Shown here piece after piece: positions 29,433 to 38,995 of a DNA stretch of 52,685 nucleotides (positions within the stretch are counted from its first letter, which is position 1; each line of letters starts with the position of its first letter). The notes beneath the pieces are model-generated. The model did no database searches. It was given only the letters and a program-made list of their open reading frames with translations, and had not been told where the DNA came from. The position numbers and the translations under genes were made by a program. Where the stretch lies: the NCBI GenBank assembly GCA_031285125.1, contig JAITWT010000031.1, forward strand, positions 1-52,685, given 5' to 3'. The stretch is from Burkholderiaceae bacterium (GTDB lineage: Bacteria > Pseudomonadota > Gammaproteobacteria > Burkholderiales > Burkholderiaceae_C).

Positions 29433-32182
29433 ATGAATATCAACCGATGACAGAGCGTTTACTGACATGGCTGGATGTGGAACGCTTGCTCAAAAAGGTG
29501 ACTGAGCTATGGGCGCGACTGCCTAAGGATGTATGGAGCATTGATTGTTTTTCCGAGGGAATGGAAATACGCCTGGCCTCTGATTCAGTCAATCAAGTGG
29601 ATGAGTGGCTGTCAAAAACCTTTTGTGGCGTCTATCAGCGAGAGCCGCGAGCTATTCGCTTGCGTATTGGCTCCACACTGTACCCGATCGAATTGGTAGA
29701 GGAACAAGGCAGGGTGACAGCAACACAAAGCTACCCCTTGTGGCGCGATGTCGCCTATTTGCCTGACATCAGGGAAAATGATCTGCCAAATGATGTACCG
29801 GAATCGCACGAACCTCGTTTGCCACAACGCTTTGTTGAGGGACCAGATCTGGTTTCTTTTCATTCTTTCAAAGGAGGCGTGGGACGTACTACCGCTCTGA
29901 TGACCTATGTTGCGGCTTGCTTGCAAGATGCCAGCAAAGATGTCAAGAAAATTCTGGTGGTGGACGCCGATCTGGAGGCTCCAGGGATCAGTTTTTGGCT
30001 CGATGACAGCAATCGTCCAACTGTGTCTTTTGTGCAGTTGCTTGAGGCACTGCACTACCCGCCTGCGGGGTTGTGTGCAAGCTTGGATTTTTTCGCCGAT
30101 GAGTTGAGAAAAACGTCATTGAGTTTCGGTGGATTACAGCGAGAGCTGTTTGTTTTGCCTGCGGCACTGGATTTGATTGAAATTCAGGATATGCCTGTTA
30201 CTCCCGAACATTTGGCTCGAAATCCGGAAAACCATTGGCAGCTCAGTGATCATTTGCATGCATTAGGAAAGCGTCTAGGTGTTGATGCTGTTTTCATTGA
30301 TTTGCGTGCTGGCCTGAGTGAATTGGCAAGCCCGATTTTATTCGATCCACGTATTGATCATTTTTTTGTTAGCACGGTGGCTCCTCAGTCTATTTTGGGC
30401 ATGAAAGAGGTTTTGTGCCGCCTGTATGCAAATAATCGGCAGTTACCACAAAATTGGCAGGAAGATGCACGTCCTACTGTTATCTTGAGCTTGCTAACCA
30501 AAGAACTGCGCGATTCCGAACACTATGAAAGTGCATTGAGAAAACTGGGGGCGGCATACCCTGACTATTCTGAGGAGGATTCATTGACTCCATCAGTGCA
30601 GTGGCTGGAGGCCGAGTTTATGAGCACACTGATGTCCATTGCCTCAATACGCGAAGCTTTGGACATTTTGCCTCAGTCCAGTCGCTTGTTTTCAAGCGCC
30701 AAGGAGTGGGCAACTTCGCTATATGCTCCATCAACTCAATCATCGTCACAAGTTACCAGCACAAACTCATTCAACGCATCATCGAGACAACAACAAGCAA
30801 AAAAATTGTCGAAGGCTTGTCAAGCAGCCGAATTTGCAGAAGGTGGACAGGAAAGCCCCATCCTTGCCACAGAGCCACTGCTTAACCTTGGCAAACACTA
30901 TTCCAGCAATCTGCCAAGTATATTGATGATAGGTGCAAAAGGTGCAGGCAAGACATTTATTTTCCGTCAAGTAGTTCAATCCAGAACATGGCGAACTTTT
31001 TTAGGTAAACTTGGTTTTGATTCAGAAAATATTGTCAATGCTACTATTTTCCCTGTGTTGTGGTCTGATAATATTGAAGACAAACCCAATGGAGAAATAA
31101 AAATATCTCAAGGTTGTACGCTTGAATCAATCGAAGGCAACAAGGACAAATTGCTGAGCAAAACTGTTTTGCGCAATAAAATTAATTCGCAACTCAAAAG
31201 CAGATCAAAAAACTGGGATGACTTCTGGGATAAATTGATTACCGCCCAATTGGGCGTAGCCACTGGTGGATTAAAGGCGGTTAATAAACTTTTGATAAAA
31301 AAATCTGCTCGCATGATTTTTGTGTTTGACGGCATTGAGGATGCTTTCAAAGATGCTGCTGATTTGCTATCTGCCGAGGCTATTGACGCTTTGTTGAGGC
31401 TGCCCAATCGTGTGAGCGAACTACAAAATCGTCATCTTGGTGTCATAGTTTTTGTGCGGGCGGACTATGTACAAACAGTAATTCGGCAAAATTTGGGACA
31501 ATGGTTACAGCGATTCGAACCATTCAGATTGCAATGGAATGCAGAAAGTTTCTTGAGACTGGCATATATGTTGAGCAGTCACGCAAATGTCATTCCATCT
31601 GGAAAACCCGCCGAATCTCTGCGTCTGGATGAATTAAAATCCGAGCTTGAGCAATTGTGGGGGAAAAAACTGGGTCGCGAACAATCCAAAGAAGCGCACT
31701 CTGCTCGTTGGGTATATACGGCCTTGTGTGACCTCAGGGGGAATGTGCAGGCTCGTGACTTGGTGCGTTTCTTGAAAATTGCCGCTGATGAAGAGTCCAA
31801 GAAAACAGTGCAGACATGGACAGATCGTTTGTTGACACCCGAATCGATGCGCAAAGCCATTCCAGCTTGTAGCACAGGGAAAGTTGAGGAAGCCAAAGCT
31901 GAAATTGCGCCACTCAAAAGATGGGTTGAACTAATGAATGAAAAAAATATTCACAGCCTCAAAGTACCATTTAGTGCTCAGCAGGCTGGTTTGGATGCGA
32001 CTTTGCTAAATGCCTTGCAAGAGCTAGGTGTAATCTATGAAGATAAGGATGGAAAATTGGGAGAAGAGCGCCTGTTCTTGCCCGAAATTTATCGAACTGG
32101 CTTGGACTTTGAGACTTCTGCGGCTGGACGACCGCGTATGCAAGCCTTGCTGAAGAAAAATATCGGAGTCATACCGCTGTAA
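29429..32182 (+). CDS. 917-aa dual P-loop NTPase: unknown N-domain + ParA/MinD-like ATPase with KGGVGR-type Walker A + Ser/Gln linker + second AAA/STAND-like P-loop NTPase + C-terminal helical (wHTH-like?) region
   Basis: ATG at 29429 overlaps the stop of the 145-aa ORF (ATGA). The first module has SFKGGVGRTT (nt 29870-29893), VVDADLEAPG and AVFIDLRAG. The second has GAKGAGKT (nt 30932-30955), the Walker B-like MIFVFDGIED (from nt 31313) and VIVFVRAD. The ORF-track start at 29378 is an upstream extension. Confidence 0.7.
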   Translation: MNEYQPMTERLLTWLDVERLLKKVTELWARLPKDVWSIDCFSEGMEIRLASDSVNQVDEWLSKTFCGVYQREPRAIRLRIGSTLYPIELVEEQGRVTATQSYPLWRDVAYLPDIRENDLPNDVPESHEPRLPQRFVEGPDLVSFHSFKGGVGRTTALMTYVAACLQDASKDVKKILVVDADLEAPGISFWLDDSNRPTVSFVQLLEALHYPPAGLCASLDFFADELRKTSLSFGGLQRELFVLPAALDLIEIQDMPVTPEHLARNPENHWQLSDHLHALGKRLGVDAVFIDLRAGLSELASPILFDPRIDHFFVSTVAPQSILGMKEVLCRLYANNRQLPQNWQEDARPTVILSLLTKELRDSEHYESALRKLGAAYPDYSEEDSLTPSVQWLEAEFMSTLMSIASIREALDILPQSSRLFSSAKEWATSLYAPSTQSSSQVTSTNSFNASSRQQQAKKLSKACQAAEFAEGGQESPILATEPLLNLGKHYSSNLPSILMIGAKGAGKTFIFRQVVQSRTWRTFLGKLGFDSENIVNATIFPVLWSDNIEDKPNGEIKISQGCTLESIEGNKDKLLSKTVLRNKINSQLKSRSKNWDDFWDKLITAQLGVATGGLKAVNKLLIKKSARMIFVFDGIEDAFKDAADLLSAEAIDALLRLPNRVSELQNRHLGVIVFVRADYVQTVIRQNLGQWLQRFEPFRLQWNAESFLRLAYMLSSHANVIPSGKPAESLRLDELKSELEQLWGKKLGREQSKEAHSARWVYTALCDLRGNVQARDLVRFLKIAADEESKKTVQTWTDRLLTPESMRKAIPACSTGKVEEAKAEIAPLKRWVELMNEKNIHSLKVPFSAQQAGLDATLLNALQELGVIYEDKDGKLGEERLFLPEIYRTGLDFETSAAGRPRMQALLKKNIGVIPL

Positions 32183-32210
32183 GCATTGAGACTGCTTCAG
32201 TTCCAACCGC

Positions 32211-32978
32211 ATGAACCCCCTCCAGCGCACCCTGATCGAAAAAGCCGGCCACGACAACGGCTTCGAGCACGTGCTGCCATCCACCGAAACCGTCACCTTG
32301 GCATCCGCCCGCCATCGCACCCGCGCCGAGGTTTCCCTATCCCCATCGAATGAATTCGACACCCGTTTCCAATCGGCATCCCCCGCGCTGTTATCAGAAT
32401 TACGGCGCAGCTTCGGCGACGGCATAAAGAACGCCGCCTCATTCCACGCCGCCACGCTGGCCGACCTGTCTCAACTGCTGCGCCGCGCTGCCCGTTTGTC
32501 GCAGGCGCTGCCCAATCAGGCAGAACGCGACTACCAAACCGCCGTGCAACAAGCGCTGGCCCAGTTGCCGCCCGGCAGCCAGGGGACCGAAATCGAACGC
32601 ATGGCGCGCCAGCGCATCGGCCAGGACCGCTACCGCGCCGCCATGCTCGACTACTGGAGCGGCGTCTGCGCCGTCACCGGCGTGGCGATTCCCGAAGTGC
32701 TACGCGCCAGCCATGCCAAGCCGTGGGCCGAATGCGAGAGCGATGCCGAACGGCTGGACGCCTTCAACGGCTTTTTGCTGGTGGCCAATCTCGATACCCT
32801 GTTCGACCGTTTTCCCATCAGCTTTGACGGTGTCTGGCATCTGCTGATCAGCGACTGCCTATCCCCAAACGATCGGCAGGGACTTGAAATTCATCCAGAA
32901 ATGAAACTGCGCTGGCTGACCCGCGAGCACCAACATTACCTACAGTGGCACCGCGAGCATTTCCTGCTCGGCGTTTGA
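32211..32978 (+). CDS. HNH endonuclease (HNH_2-type, restriction-endonuclease-like)
   Basis: 255 aa and GC-rich. Contains RIGQDRYRAAMLDYWSGVCAVTGVAIPEVLRASHAKPW...NGFLLVANLDTLFDRFPISF, which fits the HNH_2 pattern (GQ..FR...L..Y...CA.TG......L.A.HI.P......NG..L...LH.LFD.G.I). Confidence 0.75.
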   Translation: MNPLQRTLIEKAGHDNGFEHVLPSTETVTLASARHRTRAEVSLSPSNEFDTRFQSASPALLSELRRSFGDGIKNAASFHAATLADLSQLLRRAARLSQALPNQAERDYQTAVQQALAQLPPGSQGTEIERMARQRIGQDRYRAAMLDYWSGVCAVTGVAIPEVLRASHAKPWAECESDAERLDAFNGFLLVANLDTLFDRFPISFDGVWHLLISDCLSPNDRQGLEIHPEMKLRWLTREHQHYLQWHREHFLLGV

Positions 32979-33287
32979 TCGAAGGAACGAACCCATATGG
33001 CCAAGGCCGAGGCAAGGGTGGAAGAAGAATTAGTTCTGCTGTTATTCGCGGTGAACCAGGTACCAGGGCTACCATCGGTCAGAGACGTGTATTCGGGACA
33101 GGAACTGACTGTATGCAGGTTGACCTGCTGAGCGGGATTGACTAGCGTGGAGCACACAGGCACGCAGTGATTGTGACCGCGACTGCGTGTGATTGCGACT
33201 GTGCCGGCCTGGGCCAACATCGACTTATCGACGGGTGCCGGGATCGACGCGTCCCCGGGCAGCGGGCCAAGCCCGTGCGAACGGCCC

Positions 33288-34172
33288 TCAAATCGCCAGC
33301 CCCTTGAGATACGCCCGGAACGAATCGCTAATTTCGGGGTGCTGCAGGGCCAGTTCGACGGTGGCCTGCAAAAAGCCGTCCTTGCTGCCGCAGTCGTAAC
33401 GCACACCCTGGTAGGTGTAGGCATGGACCGGCTCTTGCGCGAGCAGCGCGGCAATCCCATCGGTCAATTGAATTTCACCGCCTGCCCCGCGAGGTTGCTG
33501 GCGAATTTTGGAAAACACCGCTGGCGTCAGGATGTAACGGCCCGCCACGGCCAGACGCGAGGGCGCGGTTTCAGGGCTGGGTTTTTCAATCATGCGCGTG
33601 ACGCGCGTCAGGTGCTCACCCGCCGGTTCGCCCGCGACGATGCCGTAGCGGTTGACCTGATCGAGCGGCACCTCCTGCACCGCGAGTACCGAGTGCCCGC
33701 CGGTGCGCGCGTAGACATCGACCATTTGCCCCAGCACGGATGCGCTGGGATGGGGGCCGACCATCAGATCGTCAGCCAGCAATACCGCAAACGGTTGATC
33801 GCCCACGAGGTGTTCGGCGCACAGCACCGCATGTCCCAAGCCCAGCATCCGCGGCTGACGCACGTAGGAGCAGGTCATGTCCTCGGGCATGACCGAGCGC
33901 ACGATCCGCAGCAGCGTGGTCTTGTGGCTGGCTTCGAGCTGGCTTTCGAGCTCGTAGGCGGTGTCGAAATGGTCTTCGATGGCACGCTTGTTGCGGCCGG
34001 TGACAAAGATCATGTCGCGGATGCCGGCGGCGTAAGCCTCCTCGACCGCGTATTGGATCAAGGGCTTGTCGACCACCGGCAGCATCTCCTTGGGCTGGGC
34101 CTTGGTGGCCGGCAGGAAGCGGGTGCCAAAACCGGCAACGGGGAATACGGCTTTACGAATCGGTGTGTGCAT
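33288..34172 (-). CDS. galU: UTP-glucose-1-phosphate uridylyltransferase
   Basis: [46 protein letters not shown]... is a canonical GalU of 294 aa. The track ORF extends spuriously to 34664. Confidence 0.93.
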   Translation of the reverse strand: MHTPIRKAVFPVAGFGTRFLPATKAQPKEMLPVVDKPLIQYAVEEAYAAGIRDMIFVTGRNKRAIEDHFDTAYELESQLEASHKTTLLRIVRSVMPEDMTCSYVRQPRMLGLGHAVLCAEHLVGDQPFAVLLADDLMVGPHPSASVLGQMVDVYARTGGHSVLAVQEVPLDQVNRYGIVAGEPAGEHLTRVTRMIEKPSPETAPSRLAVAGRYILTPAVFSKIRQQPRGAGGEIQLTDGIAALLAQEPVHAYTYQGVRYDCGSKDGFLQATVELALQHPEISDSFRAYLKGLAI

Positions 34173-34198
34173 GGGATGGGATCTTGTTAGCGTGAGTT

Positions 34199-34366
34199 TT
34201 AGAACCTGTTTACGATCTGAAATGGCCCACGCAGATGCCTTTTCGGGAGGGGGTGCAAGGCGCGGCGCGCAGCCCATAGCCAGCGCTATGGGCCAGCGTT
34301 GCAACGCCGCAGACCGCCCAAGCCCCGCACCCGCACGCCCGTGCCGGGATCGTAAACAGGTTCTTA
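34199..34366. repeat. Complete ~165-bp REP/MITE-like element bounded by 17-bp terminal inverted repeats AGAACCTGTTTACGATC
   Basis: 34201-34217 is the exact reverse complement of 34348-34364. The interior carries the palindrome GCCCATAGC-CAGC-GCTATGGGC. It lies in the divergent galU/prlC spacer. Confidence 0.8.
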
Positions 34367-34401
34367 GGACAGTATGCCGTGATGCCGTAAAGTGCCCGCC
34401 C

Positions 34402-36495
34402 ATGAGCACTCCTCCCCCCACTCCCCCTGTTTCCCCGGTTTCCCCCGCCAACCCCCTCCTGGACTTCACGGACCTGCCGCTGTTCGACCAGATTCGCCCG
34501 GAACATGTCGCCCCCGCGATCGACGCCCTGCTGACCGAAGCCGAAACCGCACTCGAACAAGTCACAGCGCCCGCCTTCCCCGCCGAATGGGCGGCGCTCA
34601 GCCGGACTTTGGATGTGGCGACCGAGCGTCTGGGCCGCGCCTGGGGCGCCGTCAGCCACCTCAACGCCGTGGCCGATACGCCCGCGCTGCGCGCCGCCTA
34701 CAACGCCGCGCTGCCGCGCGTGACCGTGTTCTGGACGCGCCTGGGTTGCGACGAGCGCCTGTATGCCAAATACAAAACGATCGACCCCGCCACGCTCAAC
34801 CTTGAGCAGCACCAAGCGCGCCAGAACGCCCTGCGCGATTTCGTGCTCGGCGGCGCCGAACTGCACGGCGCGGCGCGCGAACGCTACGCCCAGATTCAGG
34901 AGCAACTGGCCGAGCTGAGCCAGAAGTTCAGCGAAAACACGCTCGACGCCACCGACGCCTTCGCCCATTACGCGCACCTGGACGAACTCGCAGGCCTGCC
35001 CGCGGACGTGGTCGCCGCCGCCCGAGCCGCCGCACAAGCCGAAGACAAGGCGGGCTACAAACTCACGCTGCAAATGCCCTGCTACCTGCCGGTCATGCAG
35101 TTCGCCCGCAACAGCGCACTGCGCGAAAAGCTCTACCGCGCCTATGTCACCCGCGCCAGCGAGCTGGGTGACCCCAAGCTGGACAACACCGCGCTCATCA
35201 GCGCCATCCTGCAACTGCGGCAGGAAGAAGCGCAGCTGCTCGGCTACGCCAATTACGGCGAACTCTCGCTCGCCCCGAAGATGGCGCCCTCGCCCGCACG
35301 CGTGCTCGATTTCCTGCGCGACCTGGCCGCGCGCGCCCATCCTTTCGGTGCGCGCGATGTCGCCGATCTGCGCGCCTTTGCCGCCCGCGAACTGGGCCTG
35401 GCCGACCCGCAGCCCTGGGATTGGAGCTACATCGGCGAAAAGCTCAAGCAGGCGCGCTACGCCTTCAGTGAAGAGGAGCTGCGCCCCTACTTCCCCGCGC
35501 CCAAGGTCCTCGCGGGGCTGTTCCAAGCCGTCGAAGCCTTGTTTGAAGTCCGCATTCGCCGCGACAACGCGCCGGTCTGGCACCCCAGCGTCGAGTTCTA
35601 CCGCATCGAGCGCAGCGGCCAACTGATCGGCCAGTTCTACCTCGACCCCTCGGCGCGCGCGGCCAAGCGCGGCGGCGCCTGGATGGACGACGTGCGCTCG
35701 CGCTGGCGGCGCCCTGACACCGGCGCCTTGCAAACGCCGGTGGCGCAATTGGTGTGCAACTTCGCCGCCGGCGCGCAGGGCAAACCGCCGCTGCTCACGC
35801 ACGAGGACGTCCTCACCCTGTTCCACGAATTCGGCCACGGCCTGCACCATTTGCTCACGCAAGTCGATGAGCATGATGTCTCAGGCATCAGCGGCGTCGA
35901 GTGGGATGCGGTCGAACTGCCGAGCCAGTTTATGGAAAACTTCTGCTGGGAATGGGAAACGCTGCACCGCATGACGGCCCATGTCGACACCGGGGAGCCG
36001 CTGCCGCGCGCGCTTTACGACAAAATGATCGCCGCCAAAAACTACCAAAGCGGCATGCAAACACTGCGCCAGGTCGAATTCGCGCTCTTCGACATGCGCC
36101 TGCACAGCGAAATCGACGCCCGCCAGCTCGATCACACCGGCCAGCGCGTGCGTGAACTGCTGGCGCAAATTCACGCCGAAGTCGCCGTACTGCCCGCGCC
36201 CCCCTTCGCGCGCACGCCCAACACCTTCAGCCATATCTTCTCGGGCGGCTACGCGGCCGGCTATTACAGCTACAAATGGGCGGAAGTCCTCAGCGCCGAC
36301 GCCTACGCGGCCTTCGAGGAAAGCGTCGACCCCCAAGGCCGGCACAGCCTGGAGACCAGCCGCCGCTACCGGCAGGCCATTCTGGAAGCTGGCGGCAGCC
36401 GCCCGGCGATGGAATCGTTCAAAGCCTTTCGCGGACGCGAACCGCAATTGGATGCGCTATTGCGGCACCAGGGGATGGCGGAAAAGGCCGGATGA
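34402..36495 (+). CDS. prlC: Oligopeptidase A (M3 family zinc metallopeptidase)
   Basis: 697 aa with the HEFGHGLHH zinc motif and M3 family features throughout. ATG at 34402 lies inside the longer track ORF. Confidence 0.9.
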   Translation: MSTPPPTPPVSPVSPANPLLDFTDLPLFDQIRPEHVAPAIDALLTEAETALEQVTAPAFPAEWAALSRTLDVATERLGRAWGAVSHLNAVADTPALRAAYNAALPRVTVFWTRLGCDERLYAKYKTIDPATLNLEQHQARQNALRDFVLGGAELHGAARERYAQIQEQLAELSQKFSENTLDATDAFAHYAHLDELAGLPADVVAAARAAAQAEDKAGYKLTLQMPCYLPVMQFARNSALREKLYRAYVTRASELGDPKLDNTALISAILQLRQEEAQLLGYANYGELSLAPKMAPSPARVLDFLRDLAARAHPFGARDVADLRAFAARELGLADPQPWDWSYIGEKLKQARYAFSEEELRPYFPAPKVLAGLFQAVEALFEVRIRRDNAPVWHPSVEFYRIERSGQLIGQFYLDPSARAAKRGGAWMDDVRSRWRRPDTGALQTPVAQLVCNFAAGAQGKPPLLTHEDVLTLFHEFGHGLHHLLTQVDEHDVSGISGVEWDAVELPSQFMENFCWEWETLHRMTAHVDTGEPLPRALYDKMIAAKNYQSGMQTLRQVEFALFDMRLHSEIDARQLDHTGQRVRELLAQIHAEVAVLPAPPFARTPNTFSHIFSGGYAAGYYSYKWAEVLSADAYAAFEESVDPQGRHSLETSRRYRQAILEAGGSRPAMESFKAFRGREPQLDALLRHQGMAEKAG

Positions 36496-36601
36496 AGCCG
36501 CTCACTCGAACGCACCCGTTACTCGATAATTACGGACCACGCGCCACTTTCCACCCTTGTTTCCCCGCACCAAGGCGCACGCGCTGGTGCGCATATCCCT
36601 C

Positions 36602-38152
36602 ATGACCGATTCCACACCCGCCTCCACGCCTGCCGCGTCCACCGCCACCGCACCTGAGGACAACCAGCTCATTGCCGAGCGCCGCGAGAAGCTCAAGGCG
36701 CTGCGCCAGGCGCAGGCGCAAGGCCAGGGCCCGGCCTTTCCCAACGATTTCAAACCCGCCGACCATACCGGCGCGCTGCTGGCGCGGTATGGCGGGCACA
36801 GCGCCGAATCGCTCGAAGCGCAGCCGGTAACAACCCGCGTGGCGGGCCGGATGATGCTCAAGCGCGTCATGGGCAAGGCCAGCTTCGCCACGCTGCAAGA
36901 CGCCAGTGGCCGCATCCAGCTTTACGTGCAGCGTGATCTGATCGGCGATGCGGCGTATGCCCGCTTCAAACACTGGGATTTGGGCGACATCGTCGGCGCC
37001 GAAGGCGCGGTGTTCAAAACGCGCACCGGCGAGCTGTCGATCAAGGTCACGGCGCTGCGCCTGCTGACCAAGAGCCTGCGTCCGCTGCCCGACAAATTTC
37101 ACGGCATGGCCGATCAGGAGCAAAAGTACCGCCAGCGCTACGTGGACCTCATCACCGACGAGCAGGCGCGCGCGCGCTTCATCACCCGCAGCCGCACGGT
37201 CGCGGCGGTGCGCGAATTTATGGTCAGCCACGATTTCCTCGAAGTCGAGACGCCGATGCTGCATCCGATTCCGGGCGGCGCCAACGCCAAGCCGTTCAAA
37301 ACGCACCACAACGCGCTCGATCAGGAGATGTTCCTGCGCATCGCGCCCGAGCTGTACTTGAAGCGGCTGATCGTCGGCGGCTTCGAGCGCGTGTTCGAGA
37401 TCAACCGCAGCTACCGCAACGAAGGCATCTCGGTGCGCCACAACCCCGAGTTCACGATGATGGAGTTCTACGCGGCCTACTGGAATTACCGCGATCTGAT
37501 GGACTTCACCGAGACGCTGATCCGCGCGATCGCTGACAAGGCGGCCGGCCGGCAGCAGTTGACGTACCAAGGCAAGGCCGTGGATTTGAGCCAGCCCTTC
37601 GAGCGACTCACGATCCGCGAGGCGATCAGCAAGCACACCGAGGCCGGCGCGAACGTGGACGACGCGGCGTGGCTCATCAACGCATTGCGCAAACTCGGCC
37701 TGAGCGAGGAGAAAGACAAACTCTCGCAACGCAGCCTGGCCGCGTTGCAAGTCATGTACTTCGAGGAAACGGTCGAAGAAAAGCTCTGGCAGCCGACCTT
37801 CATCATGGAGCACCCGACCGAAATCTCGCCGCTGGCGCGCGCCAACGACGAGCGCCCCGAGGTGACGGAGCGCTTCGAGCTCTACATCACGGGCCGCGAA
37901 TTCGGCAACGGCTTCAGCGAGCTCAACGACGCCGAAGACCAGGCCGCGCGCTTCCAGGCCCAGGCCAGCGCCAAGGACGCCGGGGACGACGAGGCGATGT
38001 ACTACGATGCCGACTTCGTGCGCGCGCTTGAATACGGCATGCCGCCGGCCGGCGGTTGCGGCATCGGCATCGACCGGCTGATGATGTTGCTGACCGATTC
38101 GCCGAGCATTCGCGACGTGATTCTGTTCCCCGCGCTGCGGCGCGAGCATTAA
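36602..38152 (+). CDS. lysS: Lysine-tRNA ligase (class II)
   Basis: [17 protein letters not shown], an OB-fold, and class II motifs ([43 protein letters not shown]). Confidence 0.95.
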   Translation: MTDSTPASTPAASTATAPEDNQLIAERREKLKALRQAQAQGQGPAFPNDFKPADHTGALLARYGGHSAESLEAQPVTTRVAGRMMLKRVMGKASFATLQDASGRIQLYVQRDLIGDAAYARFKHWDLGDIVGAEGAVFKTRTGELSIKVTALRLLTKSLRPLPDKFHGMADQEQKYRQRYVDLITDEQARARFITRSRTVAAVREFMVSHDFLEVETPMLHPIPGGANAKPFKTHHNALDQEMFLRIAPELYLKRLIVGGFERVFEINRSYRNEGISVRHNPEFTMMEFYAAYWNYRDLMDFTETLIRAIADKAAGRQQLTYQGKAVDLSQPFERLTIREAISKHTEAGANVDDAAWLINALRKLGLSEEKDKLSQRSLAALQVMYFEETVEEKLWQPTFIMEHPTEISPLARANDERPEVTERFELYITGREFGNGFSELNDAEDQAARFQAQASAKDAGDDEAMYYDADFVRALEYGMPPAGGCGIGIDRLMMLLTDSPSIRDVILFPALRREH

Positions 38153-38168
38153 TTACGCAGAAAACCGC

Positions 38169-38987
38169 ATGCCACGCAAACACTCCGCAGCGTCTGATTT
38201 TCTTTGGCAAGACCGGGATAAACAAGAATACGTTTACGCCTTCAATCCCCGGATTGAATGCTTGACGATGATCCAGCGCGCGCCAACCGTTGCACTGGAC
38301 ATCGGCTGCGGCAGCGGCGGCGTCGGCCATGCCCTGCGGCAACTCTTTCCTCACTGCGAGCTGTGGGGCTGCGAACTCGAGAGCACCGCCGCACAACAAG
38401 CGCGCGAGCATTTCGACCATGTGGTCGAACAGGACGTTGAAAGCGTCGATTTCTCCGCGCTCGGCCTGAAAAAACCGTTTGACCTGGTCTGCCTGTTCGA
38501 CGTGCTCGAACATCTGTTCAACCCCTGGCAACTGCTGCACAACTTGCTGCCGCGCATTGCAACCGATGCGCATCTGCTGGTCAGCCTGCCCAATGTATCG
38601 AATATTGCGCTGCTGTACGACGCACTGCAGGGCTTTTGGAAATACCGCCGCGCCGGGCTGCTGGACTTTACACACCTGCGTTTTTTCACCGACTACGATG
38701 CGCGCAAGATGTTCTACCAGACGGGCTACCGGGTGCTGAACCACCAGGTGTCCTTGCTGGGCCGCGGCAAGGATATTTACAACCAATACGCCGACGCCGC
38801 TTTCCCGGGGGCGCTGACGATTGGCGACCTGTCGCTGCAGGTTAAATCAAAGACACATTTGCTGCACCTGTGCGCCGACCAAAACCTCTACCTCATCACG
38901 CCGCACCACGGTGAATTGACCCACGCGGCGGAGCGCGAGCTGGCCTCAAATGACTATCCGCGGATCTATGCGTTTGGTGAGGACTAA
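38169..38987 (+). CDS. Class I SAM-dependent methyltransferase (substrate unknown)
   Basis: Motif I ALDIGCGSGGVG and motif FDLVCLFDVLEHLFNP. Confidence 0.75.
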   Translation: MPRKHSAASDFLWQDRDKQEYVYAFNPRIECLTMIQRAPTVALDIGCGSGGVGHALRQLFPHCELWGCELESTAAQQAREHFDHVVEQDVESVDFSALGLKKPFDLVCLFDVLEHLFNPWQLLHNLLPRIATDAHLLVSLPNVSNIALLYDALQGFWKYRRAGLLDFTHLRFFTDYDARKMFYQTGYRVLNHQVSLLGRGKDIYNQYADAAFPGALTIGDLSLQVKSKTHLLHLCADQNLYLITPHHGELTHAAERELASNDYPRIYAFGED

Positions 38988-38995
38988 ACCTAGAG

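Noticed and set aside
33288-34664. ORF-track N-terminal extensions, e.g. galU as 458 aa, prlC from 34066, era from 43547, mltA from 28702, nagZ from 40449 and pdxJ from 41810
   Set aside because: The extensions run through intergenic repeats or neighbouring genes and add Arg/Pro-rich junk. Internal ATG/GTG codons with SD sequences give canonical protein lengths and N-termini.
34210-38149. 554-aa and 539-aa minus-strand ORFs antisense to prlC and lysS
   Set aside because: They are fully nested in genes with clear catalytic motifs (HEFGH, class II aaRS motifs). The products are low-complexity.
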